The notes beneath the pieces were generated by a model. The model had not been told where the DNA came from and ran no database searches. It was given only the letters and a program-made list of their open reading frames with translations. From assembly GCA_048886685.1 (NCBI GenBank), contig JBHLKM010000004.1:82486-146485 (forward strand): a stretch of DNA of 64,000 nucleotides, written 5' to 3'. Source of the DNA: Candidatus Hodarchaeota archaeon. GTDB lineage: Archaea > Asgardarchaeota > Lokiarchaeia > Sigyniarchaeales > SOKP01. The position numbers and the translations under genes were made by a program. Of the stretch, positions 39,652-49,421 are shown piece after piece. The number at the start of each line of letters is the position of its first letter. The stretch's first letter is position 1.

Positions 39652-39938
39652 TTTTTTATCTCTTTTGTTATAGTGTTGTCATGACAAAAACGACATCATA
39701 TCTATATATTATATTAGAAAATAAAAAAGCACAAAAATTTATTATCTAAATATGGAAAGGATTTTACACACAAATTAGAATCCACAAATTTAGCGCTGTA
39801 AGGGGTTTATATAATCAGTAAGACTAAGATTATCTAATATTGTGAGGATTATTATAACAAAAAATCAAACAAAAAAACCGGCTTAAAAATATATGTTATC
39901 ATTAAATAATTAGAATCGACTTTTTGTTTATAAAAAAG

Positions 39939-40253
39939 ATGAAAATTAACAATAATACTGAAGATTTTGAGTTAGATTGTTATTTGAAGATACTTGAGTA
40001 TTTCCAAACTGAAAAAGTAAGCAAGGAAAAAACTGAGATTTGGAAAGACCACTCCTTAATAGAATTGATGAAATTATTAGATAAAAAAAAAAACCGAGTT
40101 TTAGTTACTAATGCTCTTATTTTAATGTTGTCTTTATTTGAGGATATACCTCCCGATATTTATAATAACCGGGGAGTTGATATAAACCTTATCTCTATTG
40201 AAGAGAGAAAATCTTTAATTGCTGATTTAAAGGAAGAATTTCTACCTAATTAA
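39939..40253 (+). CDS. Hypothetical protein
   Basis: Helical acidic ORF; ATG at 39939 preferred. Confidence 0.65.
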   Translation: MKINNNTEDFELDCYLKILEYFQTEKVSKEKTEIWKDHSLIELMKLLDKKKNRVLVTNALILMLSLFEDIPPDIYNNRGVDINLISIEERKSLIADLKEEFLPN

Positions 40254-40404
40254 AGAATAAAATTTGAAGAAATATACCTAAATTCATGAGACATTAATTT
40301 AAATTTGCATAATTTTATTCTTATTACATAAGAATATAATTTTTAATTAGGTAAATTGGGATATTATTTAGTAATTTCAATAGCTGTTAGGTGTGTTTTT
40401 TATA

Positions 40405-43400
40405 ATGAAATTAAAAACTCTCAAAAATAGAAGAATTATCATTGCATTTACAATTCTAGGCTTCTTATCATTAAACATATTCTTTTTGAATTTGAATACA
40501 AATCAAAACTCAGGAATAAACCATCGAAATAATGATGACAATTTAGATAAAAATTTAAAACTTCAGGATTTAGCTTCTGATAACACCTATAGTGGAATAG
40601 GGGCACCTTGGAATGTAACCCACTGGGCTAACCGAACAGATTATAATTTAGAGATCGAATTTGAAAACAATACGTATGATATTCTAGAAATCCCTTTAAC
40701 TACGGGTTGGGAAGGTTACACATTAAATGCTAAGATAAATAATTTATTTGATAAACGAAATTGGTGTAATGGTTCATTTAATTTTGGAACTGATGATAAT
40801 ATAGAAACTCCAGATGATGATACGGAATTGATTGAAAATAACTTTCAAAATTGGACTTTTGGTTATGAGGATGTTATCACTTACCCAGCTCCTCCCCCAC
40901 CTGATTGGTTTGTTAATCCAATGAGTGGTAATTACTTAGATACTACTTATGGCCCAACCGATGGCCATGATTGCTTGGAATTAAGAATAGACGGAATGGA
41001 TCTTAGTGGAGATTATTATTATGATCAAGGTGATAGATGTTGGTGGAATAGTTCTTTTGAGATTCCAAGAGGTAAAGTTATTGATAGTAAATTAGAATTT
41101 GAAGTAAAAGCCATTCATATAATGGATTTTAATGATTTCGAGTTAAGATTTTATTTAAATAATGAAAGGATTTACTCAATTGGGGGATATAATATAAAAC
41201 AGCTTCATGGAACTTCATGGGGTAGTTTTTCAATACCACAAGGTCTTTGGACTAATTCTTCAAATGTATATACTAATCCAGTAAATTCATCAGTTATAGA
41301 TATTAGAGTGGAATTAAGACAATTAATCGAATGCGGATATGGTAGTGGTTTTACAAATTACGAGTATCACCAAATTTTTATTGATAATGTAAAGTTAACT
41401 GTAAAGGCGGAAGCGAAACCATCACAAATCCAGCTTAAAATGAATGAACATACAGTAAATGATATTGTTTGGGGTAAAGGAACAGTTAATCAAGTAAATA
41501 ATTGGACTACAAGTCTTGTCCAAGTAAATTATTCCAGCACTGATGTTGGGGAATTAGGAGGTTATATAATAGATTTAAATTCTGATATAAATCTATATGT
41601 AAGAAAAGATAGTCCAGAGACTAATTATGAAACTAATACCGGCTCATTAGGCACCGGCTTTTCTGTGAATAATAATAGTATAGTAAATTGGGAGTGTTAT
41701 TCTTATTTTGCGGTTCCAACAGGTTATCAAGAAACAGAAATGAGACTACAATTCCCTACAGATGTAAATATAACATGGATATCTGAACCTCAAGATCCAA
41801 ATACTAACAGATTGAGTTTGTGTGATAATTCAACTCAAGGACTTTTAATAATTCCTGTAAATGCTATATCTACAACTCCAGATGGGTATTGGAGGATTGA
41901 AGCAACATCTCCAAATTATTGTGAGCGATTAACTATATATAATAATGTGACAGGCGAATGGCTTCAAAATAATACATTTTTAAGTGGAGATTTCATTAAC
42001 ATAACTGGAAAAATAACAGATTCGTCATTGATTTCAAGTTATATCCAACAAACTGAAGCTCAGCTCCATATAAAATTTCCAAATGGTACAGTTTGGTATA
42101 GCCAAAACCAATTAAAATCTCCTGATAGTAATGGTTACATCTATTTTGATAACTTCCAGATACCTTCATTACCCCCAAATTATGAAGTTGGGGAATATCA
42201 GGCAATAATTACATGGAACAATTCATATATTTCAGGACTAAATGAAACTGGAGTTATTTGTAAGGATTTTACCATAATACACAAATCTCTCTTAATTTCT
42301 GATCAATATTTTTACGATGAAATTTTTGAAGGTGAAATGATTAATTTGAAGGTTTCCTTTAACGATAAAGAAAATTATGATGCAATACAGAATGCCATAG
42401 TATATTTAGATAATTTTAGTGGGGGAAGACAATATTTTAGTGAAATTAGTCCTGGGTATTACTTTCTGGAGTTTGATACTACTGGTGGAGTTGCCGATAA
42501 TAACACTCTTACAATTTATGCTAATTCTACATCATATACAAATTCGCAAGTAAATGTCAGTGTTGAATTAATTCAACAAACAGTCCTTACTGCTGAAGAA
42601 TATCCAACTATGCAAGTTATCTGGAATGATAATTTTACAATCCATCTTAATTATACTATGAAATCAACAGGAGATGGTATATCAACTATGCCTACAAATA
42701 ATTGGCTTGGTGAAACCCATACTGTTGAAGGGAATCCTGGAGAGTATAATATCACTTGTAATAGTTCTGCTTATGAAGTGAATAAAATTCATTCTTTAAT
42801 AATAAATGCGGATAAGGAGGGATATGAATCCAAAACGATAATTATAGGAATTTTTTTGATAAAAAGACAAATAAATATGTCAGTATATATAGATTCTTTG
42901 AAAGTTCCAGAATTATATCAAGCTAAAAAATCTTTTCATGAAGTCCTATCAGTATCTGTAAGGATTTCCGATACGGTTACAAGTGATTTCTTATCTGGTG
43001 AAGTATTAACTTTAATAAGTGAAAATTATATTCAAAATTTAACGTATACCGCTGATTTCTGGTATAATCTGTCTATTCCTTGTTCTCCCTCAAATTTCTC
43101 ATTAGGATTGAATTCAATTGATATTCGTTTTATAAAGGATAATTATGAGATATGTATTTTTTCGTTTCAATTATTAATTAATCAAATTGAGTTAACCATT
43201 GAAACAATTGGATTTGAAGATACAATTAATGCCGAAAAAGGAGAAACAATAACAGTTCAGCTACAGTTATTAGATCCTAATACAAATAAAAGTGTTGAAA
43301 ATGCATCTATTACTTATTCATGGAAATATGGAATAGGTTCAATTAATCAAACTACTCCAGGCATGTATCAAGCAAGTATAATTTTACCGGAAGATATACA

Positions 43401-44337
43401 AGGAAATTATAAATTCGAATTAATTATAACTCCTGATAATTCAACTTATAGAACAACTATATACTCTTTTATAGTTATAATTGGTGATCCTATTCCCGGT
43501 GGAAATCAATTACCAAGTATTCTATTATGGATAATCATCGCGATTTTAGTGAGTATAGTTAGTGTTTTAGGTGCTTTAAGTATGAGATCTTACGTGATTT
43601 TACCGCGAAAGAGGAAGAAAGAATCAGAATTATTATCAAAAACACAAAGATTTAAGGATCTTAAAAATATTCAGGCTATTGTAGTTGTCCATAAGTTGAG
43701 CGGGATACCTATTTATTCGAAGAGCTATTCGATTTTGGAAAAACACAAGAAGGAATTATTTTCAGGATTTATTCAAGCTATAACCACAGTTGGAGAAGAA
43801 TTTTCTGAAAGGGAAGCTAGTATGGAAGAATCTAAAGACTCATCGAAAGGTTATGGCATTGAGAAAATAATTGAATTGGATTTCAAGTATTTCTATTGTT
43901 TAATTGCAGATAAGGATGATATAAGAGTTGTATTCATCTTAAGAGAAAAATCTTCTGAAAGGTTAAAAAGTCAAGTATCTAATTTAATTTTAGCTTTAAA
44001 CCTAAAATTATCTATAGAATTGGAAAATTGGGATGGTTCATTAGACAGGTTCGAAGAAGTGGTTCCTTTAATAATAAATGAATACTTTGAATTGCACTAC
44101 AAAGGCTCTTTCAGATTACCTGGAAAGATAAATCTCTTTCAATTACGAAAAGATAAAAGCTTGAACAAGTTAGAAGTCCGTACGTTAAACGTGATCCAAT
44201 CAATATCAAAAAGAAACAATAATATTGTTAATCTGGATAATGTTATAGAATTAGTTCACGAGGAAAATAAAGATCTCATAATTGTAGCTATTGAATCGTT
44301 GATAGAGAAAAAATTTATTTTACCGATTAATTCTTAA
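40405..44337 (+). CDS. Large cell-surface protein: N-terminal anchor, beta-rich ectodomain, single TM, cytoplasmic longin-like and winged-helix-like tail
   Basis: Many NxS/T sequons and beta-strand repeats; TM ILLWIIIAILVSIVSVLGAL followed by RKRKK; IQAIVVVHKLSGIPIYSK..LFSGFIQAI. Confidence 0.8.
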   Translation: MKLKTLKNRRIIIAFTILGFLSLNIFFLNLNTNQNSGINHRNNDDNLDKNLKLQDLASDNTYSGIGAPWNVTHWANRTDYNLEIEFENNTYDILEIPLTTGWEGYTLNAKINNLFDKRNWCNGSFNFGTDDNIETPDDDTELIENNFQNWTFGYEDVITYPAPPPPDWFVNPMSGNYLDTTYGPTDGHDCLELRIDGMDLSGDYYYDQGDRCWWNSSFEIPRGKVIDSKLEFEVKAIHIMDFNDFELRFYLNNERIYSIGGYNIKQLHGTSWGSFSIPQGLWTNSSNVYTNPVNSSVIDIRVELRQLIECGYGSGFTNYEYHQIFIDNVKLTVKAEAKPSQIQLKMNEHTVNDIVWGKGTVNQVNNWTTSLVQVNYSSTDVGELGGYIIDLNSDINLYVRKDSPETNYETNTGSLGTGFSVNNNSIVNWECYSYFAVPTGYQETEMRLQFPTDVNITWISEPQDPNTNRLSLCDNSTQGLLIIPVNAISTTPDGYWRIEATSPNYCERLTIYNNVTGEWLQNNTFLSGDFINITGKITDSSLISSYIQQTEAQLHIKFPNGTVWYSQNQLKSPDSNGYIYFDNFQIPSLPPNYEVGEYQAIITWNNSYISGLNETGVICKDFTIIHKSLLISDQYFYDEIFEGEMINLKVSFNDKENYDAIQNAIVYLDNFSGGRQYFSEISPGYYFLEFDTTGGVADNNTLTIYANSTSYTNSQVNVSVELIQQTVLTAEEYPTMQVIWNDNFTIHLNYTMKSTGDGISTMPTNNWLGETHTVEGNPGEYNITCNSSAYEVNKIHSLIINADKEGYESKTIIIGIFLIKRQINMSVYIDSLKVPELYQAKKSFHEVLSVSVRISDTVTSDFLSGEVLTLISENYIQNLTYTADFWYNLSIPCSPSNFSLGLNSIDIRFIKDNYEICIFSFQLLINQIELTIETIGFEDTINAEKGETITVQLQLLDPNTNKSVENASITYSWKYGIGSINQTTPGMYQASIILPEDIQGNYKFELIITPDNSTYRTTIYSFIVIIGDPIPGGNQLPSILLWIIIAILVSIVSVLGALSMRSYVILPRKRKKESELLSKTQRFKDLKNIQAIVVVHKLSGIPIYSKSYSILEKHKKELFSGFIQAITTVGEEFSEREASMEESKDSSKGYGIEKIIELDFKYFYCLIADKDDIRVVFILREKSSERLKSQVSNLILALNLKLSIELENWDGSLDRFEEVVPLIINEYFELHYKGSFRLPGKINLFQLRKDKSLNKLEVRTLNVIQSISKRNNNIVNLDNVIELVHEENKDLIIVAIESLIEKKFILPINS

Positions 44338-44385
44338 ATTTATTACACAAAAATTCAAATTTTAAAATTCTTTTCTTTTATTTTG

Positions 44386-45024
44386 ATGCTAAATCCGAAG
44401 GATTTAAAATTTGCCTGTACTAGGTGTGGGAATTGTTGCACTGATAGAAATACGCTTGTAAATGTTACTTACTTAGATATTGGTAGAATAATTAACAGTT
44501 TAAACTTGGATTTAAAAGAATCGCTTGAAATTTTCGGATTTTACATATATGATAAAGCCTTAAATAATATCATCCTTGAGAAAATGGTAATTTCACCAAT
44601 AGAAACTGAAAAGGGATTAGCTTTTATTGGACTTATGAAAAATAATCGGGGTGAGTGTTACTTCTATGATAAAAAAAATCAGAAATGTTTAATTTATAGT
44701 TTAAGGCCCTTACTTTGTAAATCATTTCCTTTTTCATTTATTCAGTTAAATAATAACAATTTTATTACTGAAGGAAGAATTCAAATTATATATACTGAGA
44801 AGGCTAAGAAATATTGCCCCGGAATAGGTAATAATGCTCCTCCTATTGACATTGATTATTGGCTTGAATTAGCAAATAGGACGTTAAGGGAATTAAAGGA
44901 TAATTATATTTTTAATGAAAATTGGAATAATATTGTAAAAAATAGAGAAATTATTCCTTCTGCAAAGAATTTTATTAATAGAATAATTAGTATGGTTGAA
45001 GAACAAGTTTTTAATTTAAATTAA
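44386..45024 (+). CDS. YkgJ-family CxxCxxCC cysteine cluster protein
   Basis: FACTRCGNCC..CYFY..CLIYSLRP..CKSFPF..CPG. Confidence 0.88.
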   Translation: MLNPKDLKFACTRCGNCCTDRNTLVNVTYLDIGRIINSLNLDLKESLEIFGFYIYDKALNNIILEKMVISPIETEKGLAFIGLMKNNRGECYFYDKKNQKCLIYSLRPLLCKSFPFSFIQLNNNNFITEGRIQIIYTEKAKKYCPGIGNNAPPIDIDYWLELANRTLRELKDNYIFNENWNNIVKNREIIPSAKNFINRIISMVEEQVFNLN

Positions 45025-45048
45025 GCTTAATTTTTTCTATTTTTCACT

Positions 45049-46260
45049 CTAGAGGTTTAATAAATTTTTAGGAGAATATTGAGAGCACGCTAATAATGCC
45101 CAAAACAGCATTCTTAATTCTATTTTATATGCTAATTTGTCAATACGCCAATTAAAATCTCTATCAAGATTCTCCAAATTAAAGAAGTCCGTCGATTTTA
45201 TAATATAATTGAGTAATCGGCTACATAAAATTGACTCTTGCTCTTTTAAGTTAAGCATATCTAAGATTAACAATGTTTTAGCAGATTCTGTTATTGAATC
45301 ACTAATAGCTCCCTTCGGTGTCAATAATTTTTTGAGCTCATTTACATAAGGCACTGATAATTCTGTAAGCTTTACATTCTTATCCAAAAATTTAATAACA
45401 GCTAATTGACTATAAAAATCTAAGGTTGGGTTCAGGCCTTTTATATTTAATATATTTAAATTTAATACTTGTTTTAATAAGGCATCTTTACGCGATGATA
45501 TTATTTCATTTCGTGCTAATAGTTGTAAGCAAAGCAAAGTGTAGTAATTCAATTCTAATTTTTCAGGCAGAAAATCCTTCAATTCCATTTTAAGAAATTC
45601 TTCAGTAGCGTTTAGGTTTATAATGTTAGTTTTGTGGATTAAATTCAATTCAGTTACAATTGAAAGACCATAAAATATGTTAATTGAATCTGGTATCGCA
45701 TTTCTTGATGAGCTAAAGATCATTTCAGTTATATGATTTCTTAGAACATCTAATATCTCGATTGAAGAGAAAGGAAATTTTGCATTTGTCATTTTCAAAA
45801 TAGATATAAAATAGAAGAGGGTTTCTAAATCTAAAAAATCTGGATTAATCAGTCTAGAATTTAAAAGATTTTCAAAATTTATTTTGAATTTATTAAGAAG
45901 TTCAGGGTGTATTGAGGGTAAGTTACCAAAATGATCAAGAAAAATTACCTCCTCTGTCTTGAAGGCAAAATCTCTTGGTACAGTTTTTAAGGGATCAGAG
46001 ATGTTTTGAGTTGTTGAAGTAGGTGTCTGATTGATTTTTTTCTTAACTTTTAATGACTTTTCTTTAGGAATAACATTTTCCAATTGGTCTAGTGAAGATT
46101 GTAATAGATCTTTTTTAGGGGTCTTTAGAGTTTCAATAATATCCTTTTTAGCTTCTTGTAATTGTACAAGAATATTTGATTCACAACTGATCTTCTCTTC
46201 TTGTTTCTCTATTTCTTCCTCTTTTTTCATGGTGGAATAGTGAGTCTTTTTTGGATTCAC
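45049..46260 (-). CDS. Hypothetical alpha-helical protein, 5' end possibly decayed
   Basis: 403-aa ORF with a low-complexity start and helical repeats (DLETLFY, DSINIFYGL, SITESAKTL). Confidence 0.6.
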   Translation of the reverse strand: MNPKKTHYSTMKKEEEIEKQEEKISCESNILVQLQEAKKDIIETLKTPKKDLLQSSLDQLENVIPKEKSLKVKKKINQTPTSTTQNISDPLKTVPRDFAFKTEEVIFLDHFGNLPSIHPELLNKFKINFENLLNSRLINPDFLDLETLFYFISILKMTNAKFPFSSIEILDVLRNHITEMIFSSSRNAIPDSINIFYGLSIVTELNLIHKTNIINLNATEEFLKMELKDFLPEKLELNYYTLLCLQLLARNEIISSRKDALLKQVLNLNILNIKGLNPTLDFYSQLAVIKFLDKNVKLTELSVPYVNELKKLLTPKGAISDSITESAKTLLILDMLNLKEQESILCSRLLNYIIKSTDFFNLENLDRDFNWRIDKLAYKIELRMLFWALLACSQYSPKNLLNL

Positions 46261-46449
46261 TTTGAATGTTTTTATATTAATAGATTAATCAGAGAAATTT
46301 AAATTTTCTTCAATACCTGGGAAGGTCTCAATAATTGTATAAATTTAGTGAGAAAAATGACACGATCTTCCATTTCCTAATTTCCTAACAATTCACTGTT
46401 AAATGTTGAAAATTATTTAACTATATTAACATTTATATGTCATAAAAGA

Positions 46450-47208
46450 ATGAAACATTTTCATTTCATGGAGGGTTATAACTACAACCATATTGCAAAA
46501 GACTATCATTTAAAAAGAAGTAAACCATGGAGACCACTTGAGTTTTTTTTAAATTTTTTAAAGAATAAGGGTTATAATTTTAGTGGATTAGGTTTGGATT
46601 TAGGATGTGCTAATGGCAGAAACTTTAAAATTTTAGGAACACATCCTAAGAAATTAATAGGTATTGATCTATCACTTGAACTAGTAAAAATTGCTAATAT
46701 TGATTTAAGGAATACCGATCATTATTCTAAAATTGAATCGAATTTAATTCAAGTTCTTCTTGCTGACATAAGAAACCTCCCGATTCGAAGAAATTCAATC
46801 CAAAATATTTATTCAATTGCTACAATTCACCACATCAAAAATAGATCTGACAGAAAAGATTTAATAACACAAATCAATGATTTACTCTCATTTAAGGGAA
46901 ATTTAGTTATCACAGTATGGCGTAAGTGGCAAAAAAAATATAGAAGTTATTTTCTTTTAGATGGATTTAAAAGAAAATTTAGTTTTAACCATGACAAACA
47001 GCAAAAAATGGTTGGTTTGGAAGAATTTGGTGATAAGTTTGTCCCATGGAGTCTTCCAGGAGAAAATAAAGTATATAATAGGTTTTATCACTTTTTCTCC
47101 AAACGGGAGATAAAAAAACTGTTAAAGATCTTTAATATCAAAGAGTTTAATATAATGGGAGGCCCAAGTAATAGTGATAACTTCTTTATATTCGCTCAAA
47201 AAAGATAA
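46450..47208 (+). CDS. Class I SAM methyltransferase, Trm9/ALKBH8-like tRNA U34 methyltransferase
   Basis: YNHIA..R.KPW, LDLGCANGR, IATIHHI, ITVW, FVPW, RFYHFF. Confidence 0.75.
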   Translation: MKHFHFMEGYNYNHIAKDYHLKRSKPWRPLEFFLNFLKNKGYNFSGLGLDLGCANGRNFKILGTHPKKLIGIDLSLELVKIANIDLRNTDHYSKIESNLIQVLLADIRNLPIRRNSIQNIYSIATIHHIKNRSDRKDLITQINDLLSFKGNLVITVWRKWQKKYRSYFLLDGFKRKFSFNHDKQQKMVGLEEFGDKFVPWSLPGENKVYNRFYHFFSKREIKKLLKIFNIKEFNIMGGPSNSDNFFIFAQKR

Positions 47209-47703
47209 TTATTGATGACATTCAATAAATTTATATGATTTTATTATATACGGTTGGTAATTTTCGTACATACTTTCTATTATAGAAGTGTGAATGTCAA
47301 ATAATCGTTCAGAAATTTCACAATAGAAAATACCATGTATTACTTTTTCAACATAATATCTTTTCCTTATCATCTTCCTTCGCTGCCCAAACCAAAATGT
47401 AAATTCATGACTCATTAACCAGTCTCTTTCCTTTTTAGTAACTACAATCCCAATCGCATTATAAGTCTCAATACTCTTCTCTACTTCTTTATAGTAAAAA
47501 AGATTCATCCTTTCTCTTTTCTCCCATTTTATTTCAAATGTAGAGGTTGCCCCCCAAATCTCATCATAATCATCTTGAGAATGCAATAGAATGTATCCAT
47601 TATTCTCATCGCCTTCATATTCTATTTCTTTAAACCAAATTGGCATTTTGTTAATATTTAAATTACATTCTGGTTTATTGTAGATAAAAAAATTGTATTC
47701 CAT
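47209..47703 (-). CDS. Hypothetical protein
   Basis: 164-aa ORF with FYCE..R and C-terminal CH. Confidence 0.7.
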   Translation of the reverse strand: MEYNFFIYNKPECNLNINKMPIWFKEIEYEGDENNGYILLHSQDDYDEIWGATSTFEIKWEKRERMNLFYYKEVEKSIETYNAIGIVVTKKERDWLMSHEFTFWFGQRRKMIRKRYYVEKVIHGIFYCEISERLFDIHTSIIESMYENYQPYIIKSYKFIECHQ

Positions 47704-47849
47704 GTTTATACTTGTCTTATTTGATTTTAGATTTATTAAATAAACTTATTTCTAAAATAGATTATGTATTTATAAAACTTCTGATATTTGAAAAGACCTT
47801 CATAATAAAGGAAAAGTAAGATTTTGAAGAATAAGAAGAATCAATAATA

Positions 47850-48449
47850 TTACTTGGTGATCTCTTTACCTTCTTCAATCCAAAATTTTAATCTATCTAA
47901 TGATACTCCTTTGATTAACGACGCTAATTCCTCTGGATTTTCATTACATAGATCTTCAACTGTATTAACTCCAAGTTCAATGAATTTTTTTGCTGTAGTA
48001 GCACCTAATCCCGGTAAATCAGTTAAAGGAGTTCCTCTCTCTTCAATTTTAATTTTCTCGGCTTTAACAGGTTTAATTTTCTCTTTTTTCACGGGTTTTG
48101 GTTTTTCTTTAACCACAGCTTTTTTAGGTGCTTTTTCAATGACCTTTTTGGGTACAACTTTGGGTTTTTCTTTCTTAGGTTTGAAAGGAGTACCTTTTTT
48201 CTCCTTTTTAATAAATGGTTCTCTCTTCGTAATTTTTTTCTCTTGTATTTTTAAATTCTTTAATAGTTCAATATTCTCAGGATAAGCAGAAACTCTAAAA
48301 TAATCTATATTAATTCTCAGCTCTTTTAATTGATTAATACTCCTCCCAGATTCTTTTATCTCCTTTAAAGAGAAGCCTTTACCCTTCCTCCTATGTGAAT
48401 CTTTAGTGGGACTCTTTACAGTAGCAATGACTTCCGTTTTGCTCTTCAT
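47850..48449 (-). CDS. rpl13e: Ribosomal protein eL13 fused through a Lys-rich linker to a helix-hairpin-helix domain
   Basis: RKGKGFSLKEIKESG..IDYFR....ENIELL; C-terminal LTDLPGLGATTA..GV..WIEE. Confidence 0.82.
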   Translation of the reverse strand: MKSKTEVIATVKSPTKDSHRRKGKGFSLKEIKESGRSINQLKELRINIDYFRVSAYPENIELLKNLKIQEKKITKREPFIKKEKKGTPFKPKKEKPKVVPKKVIEKAPKKAVVKEKPKPVKKEKIKPVKAEKIKIEERGTPLTDLPGLGATTAKKFIELGVNTVEDLCNENPEELASLIKGVSLDRLKFWIEEGKEITK

Positions 48450-48583
48450 AATTATCACATTATTATAAGGTAGTTTTGATAAACTAAGAAAACTTTTATT
48501 TTTTTCTATTTAGATACAATCCTATTTAGAAGATATATTCATTATTTAGTTTAAGCGACTATAAATATAGAAGAAGAGAATTC

Positions 48584-49219
48584 TTATATCCTAATAATAT
48601 CCAATTTTTCTAAATTCTTAAGGGCATCATAGATTTCATTTCTTTTTTTATCTAAGTTTCTCGAAATCTTTAATGGCGAATTTTTCCCTGTACATAACAA
48701 GGCAATTTGAAATTCAATATTATTAATCACTCCCATGGTTAAGATTTTATCTAACACGTTTTTGGCAACAAGTAATTTTGGAAATACCTCTGCTATTTTT
48801 CCTCCTATAGTAAGATTCTCAATATCCGCATTTAAAGTCTGGAACCTACTTTTTTCAGTTGTAGTTCTGAATACTTTGAGATCCGACCGATGTTTTTTCC
48901 AAAACCTATTAGCAATTTTATGAATAACTTCTTTTATTTTCTCAGTATCATCATCTGCATCTGAAATCGAACAAAAGAGAATTCTAGAGAGGGGATGATA
49001 ATATATAAAAATTGTCGAATCTTCCGACTCTAAAACTCTATCCATCTCATTGACTCTTCTTCCTTTAGCCATAGATTCTTGTATAATATCAATCGTCTTA
49101 TTAATTGCATTAAAAAATCCAGTTAATAAATCATCTTGAATCTTTTTTAATTCTTTAAATGTTGCCTCAAAGAGAGAGATTCCATTATCAGCATCAATTA
49201 AATATGTCTTATAGATAAT
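48584..49219 (-). CDS. Longin-like domain plus winged helix protein, proposed ATT start
   Basis: Frame is open 49 codons upstream of the ATG at 49072, giving (M)IYKTYLIDADNGISLFE..DDLLTGFFNAI; TGAGG 5 nt before ATT; C-terminal SPLKISRNL..IYDALKNLEKLDII. Confidence 0.75.
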   Translation of the reverse strand: MIYKTYLIDADNGISLFEATFKELKKIQDDLLTGFFNAINKTIDIIQESMAKGRRVNEMDRVLESEDSTIFIYYHPLSRILFCSISDADDDTEKIKEVIHKIANRFWKKHRSDLKVFRTTTEKSRFQTLNADIENLTIGGKIAEVFPKLLVAKNVLDKILTMGVINNIEFQIALLCTGKNSPLKISRNLDKKRNEIYDALKNLEKLDIIRI

Positions 49220-49421
49220 TTTTTCCTCAACTGGCCTTAATTCGTTAGAGATTTAAAAAGTTAATAATAATTTTCCTATTAAAGACATAAAAATTTACAA
49301 TAATAAAAATATCCAAACAGAAATTAAGATATGATTTTCATTCAAATTCAAAAGAAATAAAATTATAAGTTGAGAGTTTTATACATTTTATAACAAATAT
49401 TCATACACTAAATTTTTAAGA

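Noticed and set aside
39663-39862. Possible MITE bounded by TTTTGTTATA/TATAACAAAA
   Set aside because: Only 10 AT-rich bp, no target-site duplication and no second copy
47854-48285. Antisense and alternative-frame ORFs in the track (also 17422-17958, 55420-55833, 15338-15703, 32858-33232 and others)
   Set aside because: Shadows of well-supported genes, with no independent motifs
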